Shown piece by piece: positions 18,875 to 28,298 of a stretch of 64,000 nucleotides of DNA. The translations under genes and the position numbers were made by a program. Where the stretch lies: positions 264,544-328,543 of the forward strand of contig CAVXFV010000004.1 in NCBI GenBank assembly GCA_963761125.1. The letters are read 5' to 3'. Under the pieces are notes generated by a model, which was not told the DNA's origin, did not search any database, and was given only the letters and a program-made list of their open reading frames with translations. This DNA comes from Candidatus Latescibacterota bacterium. Lineage in GTDB: Bacteria > Krumholzibacteriota > Krumholzibacteriia > WVZY01 > JAKEHA01. Every line of letters starts with the position of its first letter. The stretch's first letter is position 1.

Positions 18875-18884
18875 CTTATATAAG
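18875..18884 (+). promoter_or_regulatory. AT-rich perfect palindrome CTTATATAAG upstream of fadE (candidate -10 box or operator)
   Basis: This is the only AT-rich patch in the 235-nt divergent intergenic region. It lies 29 nt upstream of the fadE ATG. Confidence 0.3.
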
Positions 18885-18912
18885 AGACAGGCCACAGGCA
18901 AAGGGAGCCCAC

Positions 18913-20709
<1,797 letters not shown>

Positions 20710-20716
20710 GGGGGTA

Positions 20717-21343
20717 ATGTCGCCTATCCCTTCATCGAGCCTTCCCGGCCTAAGCACACTGCACAAGCGAGTGACAAGTGCTCTCGAGTACCGCAGCGAA
20801 ACAGAATGGATTGAATTCAAGTGCGCGGCAGATTGGGACGGACTCAAGCATAAAATTGTGAGAACCTGCCTCGCGATGAGCAACCAGCGCGATGGGGGGA
20901 TAATCATCGTCGGAGTCGGAGAATCAGGCAACGAGTGGGAACTAACTGGCATTGACGGGGAGCAACGCGATACCTACGACGCCGACGACTGTATCGACTT
21001 CATCAATCGTTATTCTTCGCCGGCGATACACCCGGTTCTGGCGACAGTTGAATATGACGGGAAGGCCTTTCTGGCGATCGACGTGGCTGAATTCGATAGC
21101 ATGCCGATTGTGTGCAGACGAAACGGGCCCGAAGGCACGGGACTTGAGGCTGGCCGCGTCTACGTTCGTGATGTAGGCAAGGCTCGAACGACACGAGTGA
21201 TGACCGCCGAGCAGATGCGCAACTTGTTGGAGCTCGCTGCAGAGAAGAGGGCTCGAGAGTTGATCGGCAGTGCGAAGAGGATCGGCATGGAGGCGCCCGA
21301 CATATCTGGTGCCCGCTATGAAGAGGAGCGGGAAGGGTTGTAG
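20717..21343 (+). CDS. AlbA_2 / Schlafen-like putative nucleic-acid-binding domain protein (short, 208 aa)
   Basis: SETEWIEFKCAADWDGLKHKIVRTCLAMSNQRDGGIIIVGVGESGNEWELTGI fits the AlbA_2 (PF04326) pattern E-x-EFK ... A-x-x-N-x-x-GG-x-hhhGV. The ATG is 7 nt after the fadE stop. Markedly low G+C. Confidence 0.6.
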   Translation: MSPIPSSSLPGLSTLHKRVTSALEYRSETEWIEFKCAADWDGLKHKIVRTCLAMSNQRDGGIIIVGVGESGNEWELTGIDGEQRDTYDADDCIDFINRYSSPAIHPVLATVEYDGKAFLAIDVAEFDSMPIVCRRNGPEGTGLEAGRVYVRDVGKARTTRVMTAEQMRNLLELAAEKRARELIGSAKRIGMEAPDISGARYEEEREGL

Positions 21344-22083
21344 TGGCTATCGCGGACTTCAAGAAACTCGTTCTTGAACAGCCTCATTGGCGGGTGAATC
21401 TATATCCCTCTGTGTTCAAGGAGGCCCGCGTGGAATCTGTCGCCGGATGTCTTTCGCTGGTGCAGAAGACCAAAGTTCAACTTCGCGGGTGGGATTTTCC
21501 TCACATTTCGAAGCGCCCAGACGAGCGCGAGTTTGGGAATAAGTTTTTTGCGTCCGGCGCTGAATTCATGGGAATAGTCGAGTATTGGCGTTTCTACCAG
21601 AGCGGGCAGTTCCTTCACTTAAGCGCGGTGCGAGAGGCCCCGTCGTCGGAGTGGTTTCAGAAACTGAAACAGCGAGCTGTGTCGAGCATCTTTCTGAAGC
21701 CAGAAGGTGTCGACTTGAACAAGGCCCCTGGATTCATTTCCATACTCAATACCATCTACATGTTCACAGAGATTTTTGAGTTTGCGGCTCGTTTGAGTGA
21801 GGTTGGTCTCTACGATGGTCGGGTCGAGGTGAGGATAGCAGCTGTCGGAATTGGAGGTTTCGTGCTTGTCGCAGGAGACGACCGGGCGTGGCATGAGTAT
21901 TTTCATGCGACGGTTGACCAGGTGGACAAGATATGGCAGATCGACGCCGATTCACTGTTACGCCAGCCAGAAGTCCACACGTTGAATGGTCTAGAATGGT
22001 TCTTTGAAAGGTTCGGTTGGATAAACCTGCCCAAAGAAATCCTGGGTCATGAAATCGAGTCTTTTCGCGGTAGGCGGTCGTGA
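21343..22083 (+). CDS. hypothetical protein, partner of the AlbA_2-like gene
   Basis: The GTG start overlaps the upstream stop by 1 nt (taGtg). 246 aa with ordinary amino-acid composition. Sampled lines are ~45-50% G+C. No motif recognised. Confidence 0.6.
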   Translation: MAIADFKKLVLEQPHWRVNLYPSVFKEARVESVAGCLSLVQKTKVQLRGWDFPHISKRPDEREFGNKFFASGAEFMGIVEYWRFYQSGQFLHLSAVREAPSSEWFQKLKQRAVSSIFLKPEGVDLNKAPGFISILNTIYMFTEIFEFAARLSEVGLYDGRVEVRIAAVGIGGFVLVAGDDRAWHEYFHATVDQVDKIWQIDADSLLRQPEVHTLNGLEWFFERFGWINLPKEILGHEIESFRGRRS

Positions 22084-22225
22084 TCGGCACCACTTCAGAA
22101 TCTCAAATGGTACCGTTTTTGACCCTGGCCGGCGCCCTGCGTCCTACCCGGTGCTGGGCGGTGAGAGCGCGATCGGAGCGCCGTTTGTTAGGAAGGCTCG
22201 GCAGTACAGAGGGGTGAGGGCGCTC

Positions 22226-22951
22226 ATGACAGGACAAATACGCGGCTTATTCGGCATGGCTGGCGTGATGGTCGTGGTGATATGCGGATGCAATAGCCAT
22301 CAGCAATCACAGCACTCGGCGAAGTCAGTGCCATCTAGGCATGATGGACGACGATCAGACGCCAAAGCCACGCTCATTCCGAGCGACGTATCGTTCTCGG
22401 TGATTGATTCCGAGACGATCAGGGGCATCAAGCGCAGTCTGGTTGTGCGCCTCAACAAGGGTGTTTCGGAGGAAACACTTCGTGCCATTGCCCTCGAATT
22501 GAAGGCCCGCGATTCGCGCCACTATGACCACACGTTCATGAGTTACTACGTCGACGGCATGGCAGTAGGATCAGGTGCTTGGGCGACAACTCATTTCGAT
22601 CCGGTCCTCAAGGTTCAGATCAATGGTTTGACGGAGGAAGACGAGCACAGGTTGGCGAGTCAAGGGCGCGTTGCTGATGGTGAAGTCGTTGGACGCTGGC
22701 TCGACGAGAGTCCGTTTGTTGCGGGACGTATCACCCTGATCCAGAGCGGGACGAAGCTCTTCGTTGAGCGAACATTCAAAGATGGTAGTAGCTCCGGAGA
22801 CGAGGTCGTGGAGAAACGGACTTCCGCTGGTCGCCGCTTCGACAAGGTGGAGGGCTCTTCCACCGGAGACCATTGGGTCATCAACGCCAATGGGGATTTG
22901 GAAATTCGGGACAAGGATGGATTAATTGCTACTGCCAAGAAGATTCACTGA
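22226..22951 (+). CDS. hypothetical lipoprotein
   Basis: Start trimmed to ATG 22226. Lipobox MTGQIRGLFGMAGVMVVVICGC. Low G+C. Confidence 0.6.
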   Translation: MTGQIRGLFGMAGVMVVVICGCNSHQQSQHSAKSVPSRHDGRRSDAKATLIPSDVSFSVIDSETIRGIKRSLVVRLNKGVSEETLRAIALELKARDSRHYDHTFMSYYVDGMAVGSGAWATTHFDPVLKVQINGLTEEDEHRLASQGRVADGEVVGRWLDESPFVAGRITLIQSGTKLFVERTFKDGSSSGDEVVEKRTSAGRRFDKVEGSSTGDHWVINANGDLEIRDKDGLIATAKKIH

Positions 22952-23044
22952 CTTCCAGCATCGCCAAGAATCCGAGTGTGCATGTTTCTAGAGATCCCGC
23001 CGTTGTTCCCGCCAAGGCTAGCCGGACACGGGAGTTTCTCAACC

Positions 23045-23573
23045 GTGAAGCCAGTGATCACGTTGATCCTTCTCAGCGTGCTCGCCAGCGGAGTCGCGTG
23101 TACGTTGCCGGGGGAGTCAATCATGCCTCCGCACCCGGTGTTGGCAGGTCCGCCGGGGGCCGACGGCGGATGCTGACCTCATTCTCTGCGAGGCCATGCT
23201 GCGCGCGTATCCGCCGTCTCACGTCCGTCATGAGGATGGCGTCGTGCCGCAGGTCGCGATTACGCTCCCGCTGGATTCTCTGTATTTTGATACGCTGGTT
23301 CAGCGCATCAGCGATCTTCCGGTCGAATGGGTCCGGTGCTCGCGCAAACCGATTCCCAGCGGAGAGGGATGGACGGACACGCGTCGCGTGTTCGACACGC
23401 CGATCCCGTCGGTCTACGTCCACGTCTCGATCTACTGGATTCAAGCTGACAGCGCCATGGTCGTCATCAGTCGGTGGCAGGAGTCCGGGAACGAGTTCGA
23501 TCGGTGCAGCGCACGGTACAAGTCGGGCTCATGGGACTTGAAGTGCGGGGCGTTGTCGACACGCTTGCGGTAG
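23045..23573 (+). CDS. hypothetical lipoprotein, possibly frame-disrupted
   Basis: GTG 23045 opens the lipobox peptide VKPVITLILLSVLASGVAC, which stops after 44 codons. ORF 23196..23573, in another frame, has a globular-looking composition. A join is possible near the G5 run at about 23155. Weak. Confidence 0.3.
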
Positions 23574-23605
23574 ATATTGTGACGCGAGCGCGATAGGAGG
23601 GCTGC

Positions 23606-23944
23606 ATGTCATACGACGAAGGGCTTGCGGAGCGGGTGAGGGAGGTGCTGGATCGGCAGCCGGACATCACGGAGAAGAAGATGTTCGGGGGGATCGCGTT
23701 CATGGCTCGGGGATACATGTTCATCGGGATCGTCGATGATGTGCTGATGGCCCGGGTCGGGCCTGACTACTATGAGACGGCGCTTTCCCGGGACCACGTT
23801 CGCAAGATGGACTTCACGGGCAAACCGATGAAGGGATATGTCTACGTGGATCCGCCCGGTCACGAGGAAGACTCCGACCTGCGTGAGTGGGTCCAGCGAT
23901 GCCATCGGTTCGTGCAGTCGCTTCCGCCCAAGAAACCCAGATGA
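23606..23944 (+). CDS. TfoX N-terminal domain-containing protein
   Basis: 112 aa. MSYDEGLAERVREVL...EKKMFGGIAFMARGYMFIGIVDDVLMARV is the TfoX/Sxy N-domain pattern. Confidence 0.85.
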   Translation: MSYDEGLAERVREVLDRQPDITEKKMFGGIAFMARGYMFIGIVDDVLMARVGPDYYETALSRDHVRKMDFTGKPMKGYVYVDPPGHEEDSDLREWVQRCHRFVQSLPPKKPR

Positions 23945-23953
23945 TCAGGAACC

Positions 23954-24397
23954 GTGATGCACTGGTACTTTGAAGTCATTCGAAAATACGCGGTGTTCGA
24001 CGGCAGGGCTCGCCGGGCGGAATACTGGCTGTATACGCTGGTCAACTTTCTCGTCATGGTGATGCTCGTCGGGATCGACGTGACCAGCGGACATTTCGAC
24101 GCCGACATCGGCTTCGGTCCCTTGAGCGGCATCTACGCGCTGGCGGTGCTGGTCCCGGGTCTTGCGGTGGGTGCGCGTCGACTGCACGACACGAATCACA
24201 GCGCGGCATGGTTATTCCTGAGCGTTGTTCCGTTCCTCGGCGGCATCGTGCTGCTGTATTTCATGGTCCTGGAGGGAGAGCCCGGAGACAACCGCTTCGG
24301 ACCGGATCCGAAGGCGGTCCACTGTATCAGTTGTGGTGCGACGGTGCCGCAGGGGACGGAGTTCTGTCCCGGTTGCGGGGTGCGTCAACTGGTCTGA
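23954..24397 (+). CDS. DUF805 inner-membrane protein with C-terminal zinc ribbon
   Basis: DGRARRAEYW, RRLHDTNHSAAW and GEPGDNRFGPDP are DUF805 hallmarks. The C-terminus carries CISCG...CPGCG. Confidence 0.85.
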   Translation: MMHWYFEVIRKYAVFDGRARRAEYWLYTLVNFLVMVMLVGIDVTSGHFDADIGFGPLSGIYALAVLVPGLAVGARRLHDTNHSAAWLFLSVVPFLGGIVLLYFMVLEGEPGDNRFGPDPKAVHCISCGATVPQGTEFCPGCGVRQLV

Positions 24398-24576
24398 GGT
24401 GAATGCGCCGCCATCGTTCACCGCGTTTCGCGCGCCCACTACGACCGTAACGGCACCAATAAGCATTGGTGCACCTGCCAGAAGTTATTGGTGGAACAGC
24501 CGTGGAGGTCTATATTGCCAACAAGACCCCGCCCATCTTCCCGCCAACGCCAGCGACACGCTGGAGTATCTCGCCC

Positions 24577-24807
24577 ATGAAGCCTCTGATCACGTCGGCG
24601 CTCTGTTGCGCGCTCGCCGTGTGCGCGGTCGATTGCGCCAAGGTGAACGAATCGCTGCCGTCGGTGATCGCGTCGAAGGACTCCCTCTGCTTCCGGATCC
24701 CCGTCCGGGAAGCCGACGGCGTTTGGGTTCGTAATCGTCTTCCCGCGGGCACGCCGGAATATGAGTGGGTATTCGACGCGCCCGTGAAACGAAATGCCGG
24801 CTTCTAG
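24577..24807 (+). CDS. small lipoprotein-like ORF, possibly the N-terminus of the next ORF
   Basis: ATG 24577 with GGAG upstream. Signal MKPLITSALCCALAVCAVDC. It ends at a TAG that is in frame with ORF 24829..25626. Confidence 0.4.
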   Translation: MKPLITSALCCALAVCAVDCAKVNESLPSVIASKDSLCFRIPVREADGVWVRNRLPAGTPEYEWVFDAPVKRNAGF

Positions 24808-24828
24808 CGTTTCAGGGGGACCGTTCAC

Positions 24829-25626
24829 GTGTCCATCACGTCAGAGAGCGCCGGCCCGCCCAGCGTCCATGGAACGCTCGGATACGTGGCCGCCAACAGC
24901 AAGGTCCGCTTCTGGAAGACACCCGCGCCCGGTGAGAAGCCGCTCGGCCCGTTTGAGCGAGAGACGCGCACGATCGATGCGAAACCGACTCAGGATGGAA
25001 ACGTCGTCGGGGTCACGATTCATGACCGCGACCTGGTGGAGGCGTTTGCCCGTCTCCATCTTCGGAGAATGACCATGCGCAGCAGGCGAGCGGACGGGTC
25101 ACCTTCTACACAACCCGTCGTGGTCACGAATCTCAAGGATCCGCGCGAAGAGAAGGCGCGCGCGATCGACGGCCCATTCACCCCGGACGAGTATGCGATC
25201 TACCAGACCATCATTGACCACGCATACGACACCAATATCGGTCATCCAAACCCCGGCGATATCATTGTGACACCGACCTTCGGTCGCAGGAAGAGCGACC
25301 TGATCGAGCCGAACATGCAGTTCCTGGACCTGAACGACCAGACGATCGACGACTATGTCGAGAAGCGCTCGATCACGATGGATACGTTCTCTTTGGCGGC
25401 TCTCGGGCACGACGTCATGACCGAGGATGAATACATGGCCGATCATCGCGCGCACAAGGTCGCGATCACGGTTTCGCGAGTCGGGTTCAACAAAGCGCGA
25501 ACGCAAGCTGTGATCCAGTACGCGTACTGGTGCGGCGTGTTGTGTGGCGAAGGTCTGGGTGTGCGCCTCGACAAGATCGATGGCCGGTGGTTGATAGCAC
25601 GGCGCATCAGCTTGTGGGTATCGTGA
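24829..25626 (+). CDS. hypothetical protein with DEYAIYQ...VSRVGFN module
   Basis: 265-aa ORF with a GTG start and AGGGGG upstream. No named family recognised. Confidence 0.6.
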   Translation: MSITSESAGPPSVHGTLGYVAANSKVRFWKTPAPGEKPLGPFERETRTIDAKPTQDGNVVGVTIHDRDLVEAFARLHLRRMTMRSRRADGSPSTQPVVVTNLKDPREEKARAIDGPFTPDEYAIYQTIIDHAYDTNIGHPNPGDIIVTPTFGRRKSDLIEPNMQFLDLNDQTIDDYVEKRSITMDTFSLAALGHDVMTEDEYMADHRAHKVAITVSRVGFNKARTQAVIQYAYWCGVLCGEGLGVRLDKIDGRWLIARRISLWVS

Positions 25627-25856
25627 TGGGGGGCGTCGCGTCGTTGTCGGCGCTCGGTTTCGACGTCATGCCGGATTCGGCCTTCAAGGATCGGCGGATG
25701 CACGGGCAACACGACGCATACGCTGTGCGAGTGACCGCGATCGGCTTCAACGACGCAAGGGATCAGGCGCTTGTGCGCTACCATCGTGTCGAAGGCGAGT
25801 ACCCGGGCTTCGTGAGATGCGCTGCGGTCCGTTGGACAAACGTGGATACCTTGTAG
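25626..25856 (+). CDS. small hypothetical protein carrying a second VGFN-type module
   Basis: ATG 25626 overlaps the upstream stop (TGATG). VRVTAIGFNDARDQALVRY resembles ITVSRVGFNKARTQAVIQY of the upstream protein. Confidence 0.45.
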   Translation: MGGVASLSALGFDVMPDSAFKDRRMHGQHDAYAVRVTAIGFNDARDQALVRYHRVEGEYPGFVRCAAVRWTNVDTL

Positions 25857-25912
25857 TATAAGATCGACTATCTGATCGAGTCCGACCGGATCACGCGTTC
25901 GCCGCACGAACC

Positions 25913-26590
25913 ATGGTCACTCACATTTCTCAATCCACGAAGACCCTCGGATTCTGGTCCGCCGTGCTGGCGACTGTGTTCAGCATTACCTATGACCTCG
26001 GGCAGATCGCCGAATGGGCGGGATGGATGGGGTCGGGAGGCGGACCGGAACACGCGAGCACGCCGCTCGGACTTATCGTCCTGCTGACGCCGTCGCTCTT
26101 CCTGGGTGCGTCGTTTCTGGTGCTCATGGTGTGCGTCCACCAGCTCGCGTCGCATGATCGGAAGGTCTGGAGCCACGCCGCGATCGCTTTTGCCACCATC
26201 TATGCGGCGCTGATCAGCATCAACTACTTCGTGCAACTCACCTGGGTGACACCGCGGATCGCGTCCGGGCGTACACAGGGCATCGAGCCGTTTCTGTTCA
26301 CGCCGTTCGACTCGTTTCTGTATGCGGTCGACATTCTCGGCTACAGCTTCATGAGCTTGTCCACACTCTTCGCGGCACAGGTGTTCACGGGGTCGGGGCT
26401 GCAGCGCGTGGCGCGACGATTCCTGATCGCCAACGGGCTGCTGCTTCCGTTCGTCGCGCTTCAGATGTACGTCCACTGGCTGATCTGGCTCGCCGCACTC
26501 TGGGCGGTGACGTTCCCCGGGTCGACGTGGTCGCTCGCAATCCTTTTCCGAAGGATGGAAACCACGACGCCCAATTCGACGGAGGCGTGA
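25913..26590 (+). CDS. hypothetical integral membrane protein
   Basis: 225 aa with at least five hydrophobic spans. Confidence 0.7.
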   Translation: MVTHISQSTKTLGFWSAVLATVFSITYDLGQIAEWAGWMGSGGGPEHASTPLGLIVLLTPSLFLGASFLVLMVCVHQLASHDRKVWSHAAIAFATIYAALISINYFVQLTWVTPRIASGRTQGIEPFLFTPFDSFLYAVDILGYSFMSLSTLFAAQVFTGSGLQRVARRFLIANGLLLPFVALQMYVHWLIWLAALWAVTFPGSTWSLAILFRRMETTTPNSTEA

Positions 26591-26617
26591 TCTGTAGAAC
26601 GCCGGAAAGGGGAGAGC

Positions 26618-27367
26618 ATGAAAGCGACCAAACGACACGGGGCGTTCAATCAGGGTGAGACGCCCACGATCGCGGTGTTCAACCAGTCCACGGTCGATCT
26701 CGGTGTGGACTTCGACAAGCTCATCGCTGCGCTCCAGGTCTATGTCGACAAGCATGTCTTTCCGGTGTGGGGGACGCCGGCGCGGCTTCGCAGGACGAGG
26801 GGCTTTATCAAGGGCGCGTGGGGGTTTGTCTTTCTGGACGACTCCGACGAGGCCGACGCGCTTGCGTACCACGACCTCACCGACGACGGCCTCCCGCTCT
26901 CGCGCATCTTCGTCCGCTCGACCCTCGACAACGGCGACCTGGTCAGCGTGTCGGCGTCGCACGAACTGGTGGAGATGCTGGTGGACCCCGGGATCAATCT
27001 GATGGCGACCGGCCCCGATCCCAAACTCGGATACGCCTACGAGAGCGCGGACCCGGTGGAAGAGACGCACTTCGGGGTCAACGGCATTCCGATGAGCAAC
27101 TTCGTCTACCCGTCGTACTTCGAAGACTTCCACAAGAGAAACTCGGTGTACTTCGATCACCTGGGCAAGCTGTCGCGGCCGTTCCAGGTTCTGCGCGGCG
27201 GCTACCAGAGCGTCCTGAAGAACGGCAAGTGGACGGACGTCTTCGGTTCGAAGGCCAAAGCCAAACGGTTCGCCAAAGAGGATCGTCGCGGCCACCGGAG
27301 CGAACAGCGCACGCGTCGTCGCCGGCTCAAGCGTTCGGAGCCGACGCGCGCGCGACGTCGCAAATAG
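26618..27367 (+). CDS. conserved hypothetical protein with HELVEML motif and strongly basic C-terminal tail
   Basis: 249 aa. ALAYHDLTDDGLPLSRIFV...SASHELVEMLVDP. The tail reads KAKAKRFAKEDRRGHRSEQRTRRRRLKRSEPTRARRRK. Confidence 0.7.
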   Translation: MKATKRHGAFNQGETPTIAVFNQSTVDLGVDFDKLIAALQVYVDKHVFPVWGTPARLRRTRGFIKGAWGFVFLDDSDEADALAYHDLTDDGLPLSRIFVRSTLDNGDLVSVSASHELVEMLVDPGINLMATGPDPKLGYAYESADPVEETHFGVNGIPMSNFVYPSYFEDFHKRNSVYFDHLGKLSRPFQVLRGGYQSVLKNGKWTDVFGSKAKAKRFAKEDRRGHRSEQRTRRRRLKRSEPTRARRRK

Positions 27368-27369
27368 GA

Positions 27370-27605
27370 TTGTTCGTGTTCGTCAAAGCCCTGCTGATCT
27401 GGCTCGTCATGATTCCCGTGGCCATCCTGAACGCGGCGTTTCGAACGATCGTGGTCACGCCGCGCTTCGGCGAACACTGTTCGGCAACTCGTGGGAGCGT
27501 CTGTTCGCGGACTACAATCTGCTGCACGGCCGCGTATGGGTGGTCGTACTGCTCGTGATCCTCTTCGGCCCGGTGTGGGTGGGCCGCCGCCGCCGGTTGG
27601 TGTAG
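27370..27605 (+). pseudogene. small two-span membrane protein, apparent frame break near 27470-27480
   Basis: LFVFVKALLIWLVMIPVAILNAAFRTIVVTPRFGE is in one frame. LFGNSWERLFADYNLLHGRVWVVVLLVILFGPVWVGRRRRLV-stop is in the next frame. Confidence 0.3.
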
Positions 27606-27731
27606 GGCCGAATCGTCTAGCAGCCGGCCAGGTGCGCGAGACTGCGCCAGCCCGGGAGGGGCTTCCGGATACCGAAGTGCTGTCGTATGATCCCGATGCG
27701 TGGATTAGCTCGCTTCCCCAAGGAGACCGCA

Positions 27732-28283
27732 ATGAAACGAGCATCGTGTCTGATGGTTGTTCTCGGTCTGTTGATTTTCTCCGCGCCGGTTTTCTCCGCA
27801 CAGTGGCCGAAGCCCAGATCACCCGCGATCCCCGAAGCCGACGGATACGTTGCGATCCCGAACGTAGCGGTCGCGCCCGATGTGAAGCACACTTACCGGG
27901 CGATCTACAACGCAACCATGGCGGCCGACGCTCCGGATCATCTCCTGCCCGCGCTCAACATGGCCGGGTCGGAGTTGAACGCGTTCAGTGTCGCCGGCGT
28001 ACCGCTGAAGAACGTGAAGTTCGTCGTCGTGTTTCACGAGAACGCCATGGACGGCATCCTGGACGACGCGCACTACCGGGCCAAGTTCGGTGTCCCCAAT
28101 CCGAATCTTCCGGTGCTGTCCGCGATGCGCAAGCAGGGCGTGGAGTTGTACGTGTGCGGCCAGAACATGGTCGCGATTCACGTGGATCCGGCCACGATCT
28201 CGCGCGACGTCACCGTCGCGAGCGATGCGCTCATCGTATTGATGGCCTACGAGAACGACGGGTACGCGCTGTTGAGCTTCTGA
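27732..28283 (+). CDS. secreted DsrE/DsrF-like family protein
   Basis: ATG 27732 with AGGAG 6 nt upstream. Signal MKRASCLMVVLGLLIFSAPVFSA. VKFVVVFHENAMDG...ELYVCGQNMVA...ALIVLMAYENDGYALLSF resembles COG1416-type DsrE-like proteins. Confidence 0.55.
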   Translation: MKRASCLMVVLGLLIFSAPVFSAQWPKPRSPAIPEADGYVAIPNVAVAPDVKHTYRAIYNATMAADAPDHLLPALNMAGSELNAFSVAGVPLKNVKFVVVFHENAMDGILDDAHYRAKFGVPNPNLPVLSAMRKQGVELYVCGQNMVAIHVDPATISRDVTVASDALIVLMAYENDGYALLSF

Positions 28284-28298
28284 CGTCTGCCGTCTACC

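Noticed and set aside
20717-27605. Mobile genomic island (integrative element or prophage).
   Set aside because: Low G+C and accessory content are suggestive. However, I found no integrase, transposase, flanking direct repeats, tRNA target or phage structural genes. I therefore report it only as a compositionally atypical accessory block.
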